Shown: positions 18,495-28,726, numbered from the stretch's first letter. The stretch: 64,000 bases of DNA from Candidatus Bathyarchaeota archaeon (GCA_963827165.1 CAWGZR010000005.1:768001-832000), one strand, 5' to 3'. Notes: a model not told the origin generated them from the sequence alone. Program-made: numbers and translations.

Positions 18495-21230
18495 TTAGGC
18501 CAAGAAACTTTCAAGCTTCGTTAACCCGATGATCTCCTCAAAACTCAAGCCCAACGCGTCTAGCACCTGGTCAAAAGTAGACTGTAAGTACGCGATGTAC
18601 TTATCCACATCCACCTCGTTTCTCGACGTTAACTCCACCGGTTTTACGCCTGCATTTACATCATCTAAGGACCCTCTTGAAGATGATTTAAGCACCTTAA
18701 CAAAACTTATCTGGTCGCCTGCTCTTAGTTCCTTGCCGCTTTTCTGCAGAATCCTTGCAGCTTTAACGTGCTGCGGAGTAGTTTTCGTGTAACTAGACAG
18801 TTCATCACCCAAAACCATGTGAAACGCAAGCTCATTGATGTCAGCCCAGTCTCTCCGTTTAAGTTTCTGGTATCGCGCACGGATTATTTCTGCTATTTCT
18901 TTTTTGGCTTTTTCGAAATCTTCGGGGTTTTTGACTTTTGCAAGTTTTTCTTTCATTTTGTTGAATGCGTCTTTTATGAAGATGGGGATGTGTTTTTTCT
19001 TTCCAGTTAACCCTTTAACGTCAACTGTGCCGTCTTCCAAGACACCAAGATAATTCTTTTTGCGTGAACTGAAAACTGCGTAACGGTAAACTTTGTCAAC
19101 ATCTATACCCATGCTAAGTTCGTGCTCTGTGTAGTGAACTAACTCTTCAATTTGCTCTTTAGATGGGTTTTTGAGGAATAAGCTGTCAGTGTCTCCGTAG
19201 AGAACCTGGATGCCTAGCGACTCAGCGTGTTCGATGATGTGTGTGATGGAGTATCTTCCTATGGCTGCCGTGGCTTCGGCTACGGGTGGACAGTAAAGGT
19301 CAAAGCTGTCGGCTCCAAAAACGCCGTAGCTGGCGTTTAATATGACTTTAAGTGCGCCTTGGGTGATGTTGTACCAACTTCGCAGTTCAGGCGGCAATGA
19401 TTTGTCTTTTGAACGCTGCTTGTACCATTGCACTCGTAAATCCCGCAGTGACCCGATGAGCAAGCTTTCCAATGCTCGTTTCTCAGTGCAAACCCAATGA
19501 GGCGTGTCGGGTATCATGCGGCGTTTGCACTCGTTATGTTGACAGTCGATGGACTGGTACCCGAGGTTCCAAACCTTGATTATTGAAGGGTACAGGCTTG
19601 GAAAGTCCATTACTGAAACATTGAAGTGAACTCCTGGTGTCGGTTCAACAACTATGGCACCTTTGTATTTTTTCCCTTTTATGGTGGCTGTGGACGAAGT
19701 TTTGCCCTTCTTTGTGAGAATATCCTCGGCATTTGGAATCAGCATGTTCTTTCTTCGATGTTCACGATGCATGAAGTTGCGTATCCAACGGCTTACGCCT
19801 TGGCGGCTTACGTCCTCCATGGGCATGCTAGCTATTCGTGCCAGCACAAGAATCAGCTTCATCGCGGAATCGTTTTCGAAACTTGTCAGTTTGTAGGTTA
19901 TTTCTGAGTCTCGAAGACAATAAGCCGCAAGTTCAGAGTATGTCAAGTCCCCGAAGGCTTTTTCTAAATGTATTTTTTCGACGCCGAGGAGTGCGTTGCT
20001 GACGTCGTTGAGGGTTACGTCTCTGTAACGGTTGCCGTAAGCGTAGATTTGAACTGAACGGTTGAAGAAGAACTTGTACAGGTCAATATGGACGCCGTAT
20101 TTGAGCAGGCAGACGCGTTTTCCTACATCGATTGGAATCTCACTTCGGTTAAATCCCAGATTCATAGCCCGATGAGTAAGGTATCGGAGGTCAAAGTCAT
20201 CTCCGTTGAAAGTCAAGATGAACGGGTAATCCATCAAGACATCGAATGTTTTTCTAAGTAGGTCCCCCTCGGTTTCGCAGTACTCAACCGTTATGTCCGC
20301 AGCTAAACGATGACTACCTTCCCGCATCCCTTCGCGCTTCAGAACAAGAACCCGTTTCTCATCGTCTGAACCGTAAATTGACACGGCGATAACGGGGCAC
20401 GCGCCTTCCCTTGCATCAGGCATCCTTGTTGACAGAGGCGAATAGACTTCGATGTCTATAGCGGCTCGGCGAAATTTGGGGGCAGGGTACTCCAGAAGTC
20501 TTGCCCACATCTCCGCGTATTCGCGTTCTTCTTCGGTGCATTCTTTGAACAGACCTCTTATTTGGTTCAGGTTCTCGGTAGCTTCTTCAAACTCTGTTGA
20601 GACAAGGTTGCCGTCCTTAACTTCGTAAATCATGCCTGGCAGCAACTGTCGGTCGTAAATGTATGATTGATAATACTTTATTTTTGACTCCCAAACTTTT
20701 GTGTCGCTATCCGAAATGTTGCATCCACAAACTCTCGGGTAATCTTCAGGAATTATATCCCTAATCGTACCCGTCGGTCTACCTCCAATAGCCAAAGGAT
20801 CCTTCGCCACGATCTTGACTAAGTCAACAACTCTGTTTCCCAAGGGATCGTACTTTTTTAGTTTTTCAAAACCGTAAAAGCCCTCATGGTTCACTATCCG
20901 ATCGAATTTTCGTAATTTATCCACAGTCAAGTTTGTCAAGCAGTAGGGTTTGTGATCAGTGTTGTCGTACCAAAAATAAATCTGTTCAGATTCTGGCTCG
21001 TAAAGCTTAATGACGACTTTCTTTTGGCGCCCATCATAAGTTGCAGAGACAAAGTATGACGCATGAAGATTCTGAGGCGCTAAGGGCGGAAAACTGCGCG
21101 GTTTTCTCTTTTGCTTGACTTCTTGGCGACTTGGGGCATCCGACGGCGCCGCAGCTTCCACTTTAGCCTCCACTTTAGGAAGAGCCTTAGCTGGTTCACT
21201 GATACAGTAATCTAAGAGGGTGCGCCCCAT
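18495..21230 (-). CDS. polB1: Family B DNA polymerase, PolB1-type
   Basis: YFWYDNT.HKPY, DIEV, FNGDDFD, DFPSLYPSII, KVILNASYG, YGDTDS, KKNY. Confidence 0.95.
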   Translation of the reverse strand: MGRTLLDYCISEPAKALPKVEAKVEAAAPSDAPSRQEVKQKRKPRSFPPLAPQNLHASYFVSATYDGRQKKVVIKLYEPESEQIYFWYDNTDHKPYCLTNLTVDKLRKFDRIVNHEGFYGFEKLKKYDPLGNRVVDLVKIVAKDPLAIGGRPTGTIRDIIPEDYPRVCGCNISDSDTKVWESKIKYYQSYIYDRQLLPGMIYEVKDGNLVSTEFEEATENLNQIRGLFKECTEEEREYAEMWARLLEYPAPKFRRAAIDIEVYSPLSTRMPDAREGACPVIAVSIYGSDDEKRVLVLKREGMREGSHRLAADITVEYCETEGDLLRKTFDVLMDYPFILTFNGDDFDLRYLTHRAMNLGFNRSEIPIDVGKRVCLLKYGVHIDLYKFFFNRSVQIYAYGNRYRDVTLNDVSNALLGVEKIHLEKAFGDLTYSELAAYCLRDSEITYKLTSFENDSAMKLILVLARIASMPMEDVSRQGVSRWIRNFMHREHRRKNMLIPNAEDILTKKGKTSSTATIKGKKYKGAIVVEPTPGVHFNVSVMDFPSLYPSIIKVWNLGYQSIDCQHNECKRRMIPDTPHWVCTEKRALESLLIGSLRDLRVQWYKQRSKDKSLPPELRSWYNITQGALKVILNASYGVFGADSFDLYCPPVAEATAAIGRYSITHIIEHAESLGIQVLYGDTDSLFLKNPSKEQIEELVHYTEHELSMGIDVDKVYRYAVFSSRKKNYLGVLEDGTVDVKGLTGKKKHIPIFIKDAFNKMKEKLAKVKNPEDFEKAKKEIAEIIRARYQKLKRRDWADINELAFHMVLGDELSSYTKTTPQHVKAARILQKSGKELRAGDQISFVKVLKSSSRGSLDDVNAGVKPVELTSRNEVDVDKYIAYLQSTFDQVLDALGLSFEEIIGLTKLESFLA

Positions 21231-21337
21231 CCCATTCTCCTACTCTCTTTCTAGGTACATTTGAGACTAAAATCTTTAGTGACTACAAAACAATGTTTTG
21301 CCCTTCAAGGGGGGTGATCAAGAAAAATTGCGGGTTT

Positions 21338-21490
21338 CTATGCGAGTTTCCATGCATTTGTCATGTTGGGTTCATGCTTTCTGAAGATGTGGCTGTCGAC
21401 TGATTTTTTGTTGTCGAATATTTCGCCGCATTCGGGGCACATGTACTGGCCTGCTTTGGTCTTGGAGGTGATTTTGCGCATTTGACTCAT
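21338..21490 (-). CDS. 50-aa C2H2 zinc-finger micro-protein (not in ORF track)
   Basis: Hand translation MSQMRKITSKTKAGQYMCPECGEIFDNKKSVDSHIFRKHEPNMTNAWKLA; Y-x-C-x2-C-x3-F-x8-H-x4-H. Confidence 0.8.
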   Translation of the reverse strand: MSQMRKITSKTKAGQYMCPECGEIFDNKKSVDSHIFRKHEPNMTNAWKLA

Positions 21491-21675
21491 AAGTCCGCTC
21501 ACTCAAATCAACAATAAGACAAAGCGTGCATAAACCGCTGTGTGCAGATTCCAAGTTACGCACTGAAGCCGCCAATCTGTTTGCATTGACAACCGCGACA
21601 AAAGCACATTGGCGATTTTCTCAGCAAGAATCAAGTTTTTTTTTGCAACAAAACCCTATTAATTAATGTGGTTTT

Positions 21676-22171
21676 TTACCAAGGATTCTTTTTCAGTTTC
21701 AATTTGTAGGCTAAGTAGTTTGTGAACAGATGAATAGGCGGAGTAATCAGCAGGACCGTGACTGCCTAGTTGCCAACTTACGATTGCTAAAGGAAGCGCA
21801 AACACAACTGCCCCAACTACAAAATCGATTTGGTCAACAATAGGCAGTAACCCGCCAGGCGCGATTCCAATTCTTCTCTTCAGAAAAGCGCCTGTCAAAT
21901 CGCCGAGTAACGCTCCTAAAGGAATTAGGAAAGCAAATAAAATTGGGAAATGAAAAGCCACAACCTCCATCGCGCCGACCAATAAGCCGATAGCGAGACC
22001 AAAAAAGAACCCTCTGAAAGTTTTGTTGTTGCCAAAAACTCGTTTACCGTCGAAAAAGTTTTTGCCAAAATCCATCTTCGTTCCGCCCCCTGCAAGCACC
22101 GGCGTGGCGTTCGCACAGTAGGCTGGAAAAATAAATTTCAGTGCATTAACGACTAGCAGGGCTATACTCAT
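21676..22171 (-). CDS. carS: CDP-archaeol synthase with an apparent 1-nt insertion near 21765-21766
   Basis: PAY.AN..P, D.G..F.DGKR.FG..KT.RG, GDL..AF.KRR, DQ.DF; conserved tail HLFTNYLAYKLKLKKNPW lies in the shifted frame. Confidence 0.88.
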
Positions 22172-22187
22172 GTGGCTTCAACCGTCA

Positions 22188-22886
22188 TTATTCTCGGATT
22201 TGAGTATCTTGTATTCCAGATTCGAGTATTTGTACATAACAGCTGATTTCTTGAGTGTTTCTCGGCGACTTTTCGATAACGACTTTCATAGTTTGGGGGT
22301 ACTCGGTTGGTTTCAAAAAGATTATGGTATCCGCCCAGAATTTCGTGACTCTGTTGGCGACTGGTGCAACAGTAGCGGTTTCGCTATCAAAAACGCTTCT
22401 GACTTGGCTAAGCACAATCACCGGAATTTTTCGAATTTTCGCGGTTTGCGCCAAAATCGCCAATTGCCGGTTTAACTCACGGTTGAGGCTGAAAGCTTTG
22501 CTCGAACGCTCAGCAACTTCTGCACCGTACAATGAAGTCAAAGTGTCAATTATTATTAACCCAAAGTTCTTCTCCGTGTAATCTTGAATGCAGTCAACAA
22601 CAGCTGTCTGTTCACGGAAATCTTTGGGTTTAATCAAAATGACTTGTTTAGCAACCTGGTCAAAGCTTTCTTTTGAAATCTGTGCCATTCTTTTTGTGGA
22701 GAAGGTGTTCTCGCAGTCAACAAAGAGGATTTTATAGTTTTGTAGTGCGCAGTTAACGGCGCATTGAATGGCGAGCGTTGTTTTTCCTGTTTCAGGTTCA
22801 CCGTAGATTAAAACTACGTTTTCGGGTAAGATTCCTCCGCCGATGTTGTCGTCGATGCATTTGCAGCCCGTGCTGATTGTGACCAT
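22188..22886 (-). CDS. radB: DNA repair/recombination protein RadB
   Basis: ISTG...D...GGG, Walker A GEPETGKT, IIIDT, SQV; start placed at ATG 22886. Confidence 0.85.
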   Translation of the reverse strand: MVTISTGCKCIDDNIGGGILPENVVLIYGEPETGKTTLAIQCAVNCALQNYKILFVDCENTFSTKRMAQISKESFDQVAKQVILIKPKDFREQTAVVDCIQDYTEKNFGLIIIDTLTSLYGAEVAERSSKAFSLNRELNRQLAILAQTAKIRKIPVIVLSQVRSVFDSETATVAPVANRVTKFWADTIIFLKPTEYPQTMKVVIEKSPRNTQEISCYVQILESGIQDTQIRE

Positions 22887-22961
22887 TTTATACCCAACTT
22901 TATTAAACTTGAAACTAGTAATGTGTTTTGCACTTAAACGTATACTATAAGGTTTGATTGG

Positions 22962-23609
22962 GTGAAGGAAAAAGTTGCGGTTGCAACGGTAAAAGGGAAA
23001 GCTTACTTTCTGATCGTTAATCAGCTGCAAGAACATTGCATACCCTTCTTAAATTTGGTTCCAGGCGAATCAGTGCCTTCAGAAATCAAAGTTGTAATTA
23101 CAACCGAAAACGAACGGGGCTTGATCAACCATGAAAAAATTCTCGTCTTGCCCAAAGATGACGAACTGGACGTTCTGCTGGATGAGGTAAAGCGAATTAT
23201 TCTTGGGAAAGAGGCTTACGAAAAAATAATAGCAGGCGTTGACCCAGGACAAGCAATAGGGTTAGCGGTAATCGCAGACGGAAAAGTCATCGAGGAAAAC
23301 AACTGTTTTAGCCCGCACGAATTAGCGATTGACCTGCTTAAAATAGTCAAAAATGTTAATTTTTCCTTGACGAATGTATCGGTCAAAATCGGTGACGGAG
23401 TTCCCATCTACCAGGAAATAGTTGAAAACTTGGATGAAGCACTTCCTCGGCAGGTTGCGCTTGAAATTGTAAACGAAACGGGAACTAACCGACCACTGAA
23501 AGAAAATAAGCGCAGCCGAAAAATCAGACATATTTCTTCAGCTAAGCGAATAGCTGAGAGAACAGGCTACTTTGTTCCAAGGAGGAAAACGCTTGCAACA
23601 GACAGTTGA
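22962..23609 (+). CDS. Hypothetical protein with RNase H-like C-terminal domain
   Basis: IAGVDPG..IGLAV, KIGDG, V.E..T pattern resembling YqgF/RuvC-like folds. Confidence 0.6.
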   Translation: MKEKVAVATVKGKAYFLIVNQLQEHCIPFLNLVPGESVPSEIKVVITTENERGLINHEKILVLPKDDELDVLLDEVKRIILGKEAYEKIIAGVDPGQAIGLAVIADGKVIEENNCFSPHELAIDLLKIVKNVNFSLTNVSVKIGDGVPIYQEIVENLDEALPRQVALEIVNETGTNRPLKENKRSRKIRHISSAKRIAERTGYFVPRRKTLATDS

Positions 23610-24678
23610 CCCAAATAAGACGTTACTGGTAAACGGTCCAGCCTCGGTCAAGGTAGATTCAGGCAAAGCCGAAGTTTTCGGCTGCCAAGTTAAGATGTCT
23701 CAAAGGGTCGTTGTGAGGGAAGGAAAGCGGCTGCCCTTTTTCGTGCTTGAAAAAGCGGTGTTTAATATATCGTTAGGCCCAAACGCCGCAGTGGAAGAGG
23801 CCGCCGGGAGTACAATCCCTAATTCATGGAGTAAACCCATTGACTCAATCTTTGCGGTACAACATAAACCTGCGGTTGTTTTGGTTTTAGGAAAAATCGA
23901 CTCTGGAAAAAGCAGTTACTGTACTTACCTATTAAATAAGCTGGTGGATGGCAAACGAAGAGTTGCTATTTTAGACGGCGATTTAGGGCAATCAGACATT
24001 GGCTCCGCAGGAACCGTCAGCTACGCTATAGCTTCCAAACCTATATCGGAATTGTACGATTTGAAACTTGAGAACGCTTTTTTCGTTGGTGTCACGTCGC
24101 CGATAATGGCGATTGCCACGGTGATTGAAGGATTGGCTGTAATGAAAACTGAAATTCTGCAGAAATCTGTAGATTTCGTGGTAGTCAACACGGACGGCTG
24201 GGTTGAAGGCGAAATTGCAGTGCAGTACAAAACGTCCTTAGTTAGGGAACTAAAACCCGACATTATTGTCGCAGTTCAAGCTGGGGATGAACTTGCCGGG
24301 TTGATAGGCAATATAGGACAGACAGTGCTCTCAGTTGAGCTTTCTTCATCTCTTAACGAAAGAACCATGGAAAAGCGCAAAAGCCTAAGGGAAATGACGT
24401 ATGCACGATACCTTAAAGACGCAAAACTCCAAAACTACCCACTAAGTCAGGTGACACTTGAACCCACGGGTGCCCTTCCCAAGAATCAAGCGCCTGAGAA
24501 AGGACTGCTTCTCGGATTGTATGGTTCAGGAAACAATTTCCTCGGAATCGGAGTTTTACGTGAAATAAATCAGTTACGACGAGCACTAAAGGTGCAAACG
24601 GCTATTTCAGAAAAGCCCAAAAGAATTGTCATAGGTAAAGTTTGTTTAGATGAGAAACTACGGGAAATTCAAGACTGA
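23593..24678 (+). CDS. Clp1/Grc3(Nol9)-family polynucleotide 5'-kinase
   Basis: G..DSGKS, DGDLGQ, VVNTDGW, R...R...R lid; GGAGG upstream of TTG 23593. Confidence 0.88.
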   Translation: MQQTVDPNKTLLVNGPASVKVDSGKAEVFGCQVKMSQRVVVREGKRLPFFVLEKAVFNISLGPNAAVEEAAGSTIPNSWSKPIDSIFAVQHKPAVVLVLGKIDSGKSSYCTYLLNKLVDGKRRVAILDGDLGQSDIGSAGTVSYAIASKPISELYDLKLENAFFVGVTSPIMAIATVIEGLAVMKTEILQKSVDFVVVNTDGWVEGEIAVQYKTSLVRELKPDIIVAVQAGDELAGLIGNIGQTVLSVELSSSLNERTMEKRKSLREMTYARYLKDAKLQNYPLSQVTLEPTGALPKNQAPEKGLLLGLYGSGNNFLGIGVLREINQLRRALKVQTAISEKPKRIVIGKVCLDEKLREIQD

Positions 24679-26600
24679 ACTTTAAAAAAGGCTCTTATTT
24701 CTTCTGCTAAAACCCCTTTTTCGTTGGGCAGCGTTTTCATGCCGTTGGTTATCCATGAAGGCAAGAAGCCTCGGCAGTAACTTGTGGAGAAGCGGTAATC
24801 CAAAAAGACAATTGCTCCCCTATCCTCCAACGTCCTGATCGGCCTTCCCGCAGCTTGAGACGCTTTTTTCATAGCCGGCAAAATGTACCCGTATTCGCGA
24901 CCCAACCCTGGAAAACGCTTGTCGTAGTACTCGATTTGAGCTTTCACTCGTGGCGTTGGCTCAGCATAAGGGACGCCAACGACGATAACCGAGTTCATTT
25001 GGTTGCCTGGGAAATCCACGCCCTCCGAGGTTCTGCCCCCCTGTACTCCGAGGAATACGGCACCGCCTTTGCCCCCGCATGCTTTGAAGTTTGACACTGT
25101 TTTCTCGTTTTGCTCGGAGGTCATTTCTCTTTTTTCGTGAAAGAGCGGTTTGCTCAATGCATCTTCTAGTCCTTCGTTAAGGATGGAGTTCAAGACTTCG
25201 AACGAAGCGGCAAAAACTCCAGTGTTAGTAGGAGTGTTTTCAGCTACCTCATTTATCCGTTCGATCATCGCTTGGTACATTGACGGGGTTCTTTTTTCCA
25301 TCGAGGTGGTGATGCCGCAGCATACGGCTGAAAATACGTGCTCTTTTGGGAAAGGAGATGGAACAACACATTCAACGGTGCTTAGCGGAAGTTTCGTTAT
25401 TTTTTCGTAGGCTTTTAATGGTTGGAGGGTCCCTGACATTATCACGTTGGCATAGGTTGATGAAAAAACTTGCTCGGTTATTTTAGCGGGATCCAATGCA
25501 ACGATTTCTATCCTCGCTGTTTTATTCCTTTCCCGACCGAGGTAGCAGCTTGCCAAGTTTATGAAAGAGTCATCATCCGCAGTTTCCATCCATCTAAGAA
25601 GGAAATCGCCCATTGAATGAACATATGACCGTGGATTTTTCCCCTCGGCGAGCAGACGTTTCTTGATCGCGGTACCAGCTTCGGACATTCCTTCAAAAAA
25701 TTCTTTGGGATTGTCGATGCCCAGCTTTCTTATGTCGTCGATTACTTCCGTAGGCGAAATTATCTTCTCTCGGCTGACACCTTCTGTGAGTTTCTCAATG
25801 ATATCCTTAAAGAAAAACGCAAACTTCTCTACTTCCTTGTTCCCGAATTTGTTAGCTTCCAACTCAGCCTGCTTAACTGCAAACGAAGATAAACTGCTGC
25901 TGGAAATGTCAATGGCGGTCTCAGGCAGGTTATGCGCCTCGTCGACGATGAGTATGATTTTTGACATTTCAGTTTCCAAGTTTTTCATAAAAGCCATTCG
26001 AATGTTAGGTTCAAAAACATAGAGGTAGCTCAAAGCAATGACTCGGGCTTCCGCTACTGCAGACTTAACAAGCTCATATGGGCAAACCTCTCTTTTCATA
26101 CAAATCGATAAAATGTCAGATGCTAGATAGGGGCGAACAGCCACCGCCCGAGAAAGCTCGATATAATCGACCGACTTCTTAAGAACGTTGGTGTAAAAAG
26201 GACATCTGCTCTTGGCTTTGAGGAGCTCGCAGACTTCCATCATTGACTTTGAGTCAAAAGCACCGCCCGTTGCAAAAGCGTTAAGGCACATTTCATTACG
26301 CCCCCGGATGGAGACACCTACCACTGGTTGCTTTCTATGGATAGCTTTTAGTTCCTCAATAACCCGGTCGTGCTGCCTATGGGTTCTTGCAACATACAGT
26401 ATCTTCAGGTCTTTTTCCACAGCTATTGGAATGCAAGCGGAAAGAGCGGAAATCGTTTTTCCGAGTCCGTTGCTGCCTTCGATGAGAACCGAACGCCTTT
26501 CCCGTACGGCATTGTAGACTGTAGTGATGAATTCGTCTTGATAGGGCCTCACACTCAAGTAAGGGAAGTATTTTGCCACTTGGGAAGGCAACTTAATCAT
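24669..26600 (-). CDS. xpd: XPD/Rad3-family FeS DNA helicase
   Basis: RPYQ, G.GKT, four FeS cysteines, DEAHN, SGTL.P, EGVDF, QAAGRPIR. Confidence 0.93.
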   Translation of the reverse strand: MIKLPSQVAKYFPYLSVRPYQDEFITTVYNAVRERRSVLIEGSNGLGKTISALSACIPIAVEKDLKILYVARTHRQHDRVIEELKAIHRKQPVVGVSIRGRNEMCLNAFATGGAFDSKSMMEVCELLKAKSRCPFYTNVLKKSVDYIELSRAVAVRPYLASDILSICMKREVCPYELVKSAVAEARVIALSYLYVFEPNIRMAFMKNLETEMSKIILIVDEAHNLPETAIDISSSSLSSFAVKQAELEANKFGNKEVEKFAFFFKDIIEKLTEGVSREKIISPTEVIDDIRKLGIDNPKEFFEGMSEAGTAIKKRLLAEGKNPRSYVHSMGDFLLRWMETADDDSFINLASCYLGRERNKTARIEIVALDPAKITEQVFSSTYANVIMSGTLQPLKAYEKITKLPLSTVECVVPSPFPKEHVFSAVCCGITTSMEKRTPSMYQAMIERINEVAENTPTNTGVFAASFEVLNSILNEGLEDALSKPLFHEKREMTSEQNEKTVSNFKACGGKGGAVFLGVQGGRTSEGVDFPGNQMNSVIVVGVPYAEPTPRVKAQIEYYDKRFPGLGREYGYILPAMKKASQAAGRPIRTLEDRGAIVFLDYRFSTSYCRGFLPSWITNGMKTLPNEKGVLAEEIRAFFKVQS

Positions 26601-27267
26601 GTTGATCCTCCAAGTTGTTTGATGAGCAATAATCGTAAACTGGGCATTCGTGGCATCGTGGTCGTTGCGACTTGCAGGTTTTTCTGCCGTGGCCAATTAG
26701 CAGCAAATGAACCACCAAATAATCCTTCGATTCAAAAAGCGATTGAAGGCTTAGGCGTACCTCTTCGTAGTTGCCATCTGCAGGTGCCAAGCCGAGTCGT
26801 TTAGACACGCGATTTACATGCGTATCAACAGGTATTGTAGGCTGGTGGGCTGAGAAAAGTAACACGACGTCCGCGGTTTTCGGTCCTACCCCAGGCAAAT
26901 CCATTAGTTTCTTTCTCGCTTCATCTAGCGGCAAAGACAAAACAGGTGTAAGAGAACCACCGAATTTTTCAATTATGATTTTGGATGCTGTGTGTATTGC
27001 TTTGGCTTTGCTTTGGTACAAACCGGCAATGTGAAGGCAGTCTTCGATTTCCCCTAATTTAGCCTTTGCCAAGGTTTGAGGGGTTATTTCGAGATGCTTC
27101 GATAACTCTTTGAAGGCTCGCTCGGTGTTGGTATCCGCGGTGTTTTGCGAAATAATTGTTTCAACCAACGTTTCAAACGCGTCAACATTTGGCTTGATCA
27201 GCCTCGGCAACGCTACGGTATCCTTCAATATCTTTAAGATTGTTGCTCCGCGGCTTTGAGCTATCAT
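26593..27267 (-). CDS. nth: Endonuclease III (HhH-GPD glycosylase)
   Basis: SQNT.D, LPGVGPKTA, VDTHV.R, C-x6-C-x2-C-x5-C. Confidence 0.95.
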   Translation of the reverse strand: MIAQSRGATILKILKDTVALPRLIKPNVDAFETLVETIISQNTADTNTERAFKELSKHLEITPQTLAKAKLGEIEDCLHIAGLYQSKAKAIHTASKIIIEKFGGSLTPVLSLPLDEARKKLMDLPGVGPKTADVVLLFSAHQPTIPVDTHVNRVSKRLGLAPADGNYEEVRLSLQSLFESKDYLVVHLLLIGHGRKTCKSQRPRCHECPVYDYCSSNNLEDQHD

Positions 27268-27520
27268 CGTTTGCCTTGCCTTCTCCTAAAGAAAAGTAAT
27301 GCGGAACTATTGATTCCTGAAGCTATAAATAACCATTGGAAAGATCCACGCGGAAAACAAAGCAAAAACGAAGAGTGGTCAAAAATAAAAGTCACAATTC
27401 ACACAAGATTCAGACTTCCAAACCAATGAATCGCCTTATGCTTGGAAAAATTTCCACCCCTAAAGAATCACGAAGCCTCCTTTGATTAGAATTTTATGTG
27501 CTCACTTTGACTTGGTTCCA

Positions 27521-27610
27521 TTGACTTTCGTTGACTTTTATTGACGTCAGCTGACGTTAATTGACTTTAGTTGACTTTAATTGACGTTGGTTGACTTTAG
27601 TAGACTTTAG
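27521..27610. repeat. Intergenic tandem array of nine 10-bp units, consensus TTGAC(T/G)TTAN
   Basis: ttgactttcg ttgactttta ttgacgtcag ctgacgttaa ttgactttag ttgactttaa ttgacgttgg ttgactttag tagactttag. Confidence 0.9.
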
Positions 27611-27990
27611 GAGACGCAACCTACAGACGATTCAATCCCCAAACCAAAAAAGCAACTCAAACCACAAAGAGAAAAAATTTCCGCGTAAAAAACCAACCGT
27701 CCGCTCCTACTTTCAAGGACTCGTTCAATCCGCGAGAAGTGTTTTGGGATTTTTTGAGCTTATTGCTGCAACCAATCCAACCTCCCATAAACCAAAAAAC
27801 CAACTCGAAAAACTAAGAAACCCCGCCTGAAAATCACAAATTTCATCAAACCAAAAATCACAACTTAAGAACTTCAAAGAAAAATTCTATCAAAAGAATT
27901 TCAGCGGAATTGGCTTTGGCTAGGAAAGGTTTTTAGTGTGGTTATTATATGAGATGTTGAAAAGTGTATAGTGTAAAGTGAGGTTAAATT

Positions 27991-28719
27991 ATGTCAGTGT
28001 TTGCAGCCCCAGGAGCATACGACCGTGCAATAACCGTTTTCTCGCCTGACGGACGACTCTTCCAAGTCGAATACGCAATGGAACTAGTAAACCGCGGAGC
28101 CACAATTCTGGGCATCCAATGCCAAGAAGGCTTAGTTTTAGGCTCAGAAGAAAACATCGAAGTCCTTGAAGAAGCAGGTTACAGTTGGAAAATCTTCAGG
28201 GTAGACGACCATATTGGAGCGGCAATAGTCGGTTTAAGTTCAGACGCTAGAATACTCATCGATCAAGCGCGGATTTACGCTCAAAGTAACAAATTAACTT
28301 ACGATGAACCCATAGATGTAGAAGTCGTAACAAAACGCATATGCGACATTCAGCAGATGTATACGCAGCATGCAGGCGTACGACCCTTCGGAGTATCTAT
28401 AATCTTCGGCGGCGTCGACAAAACAGGTACACGCGTCTTCGGCACACACCCAAGCGGAACCTACAGAGGATACAAAGCCACAGCACTTGGCGCAGGAAGA
28501 GAAACAGTCCTAGCAATTCTCAAAGAGGAATACAAAGAAGACCTGACCATAGACGCAGGCATCAAACTAGCTGTAAAATGCTTGGTAAAAGCCTTAGAAG
28601 CACGCCAGTTGCCCCCGAGAATAAAAATCGCGGTAATACCACTAACGACCAAAAAAATGGAAATGCTAGCGGACGACAAGGTAGACGGCTACATCAAAGA
28701 GCAGGGTTCAAGCAAGTGA
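27991..28719 (+). CDS. psmA: Proteasome alpha subunit
   Basis: YDRAITVFSPDGRLFQVEYA, RPFGVS. Confidence 0.97.
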   Translation: MSVFAAPGAYDRAITVFSPDGRLFQVEYAMELVNRGATILGIQCQEGLVLGSEENIEVLEEAGYSWKIFRVDDHIGAAIVGLSSDARILIDQARIYAQSNKLTYDEPIDVEVVTKRICDIQQMYTQHAGVRPFGVSIIFGGVDKTGTRVFGTHPSGTYRGYKATALGAGRETVLAILKEEYKEDLTIDAGIKLAVKCLVKALEARQLPPRIKIAVIPLTTKKMEMLADDKVDGYIKEQGSSK

Positions 28720-28726
28720 AAATCTG

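Noticed and set aside
27521-27610. CRISPR array interpretation of the TTGAC repeats
   Set aside because: Units are 10 bp and contiguous with no unique spacers, and no cas genes are in the window.
27591-27830. 79-aa ORF starting inside the repeat array
   Set aside because: TTG start supplied by the repeat, A-rich low-complexity translation, no motif.
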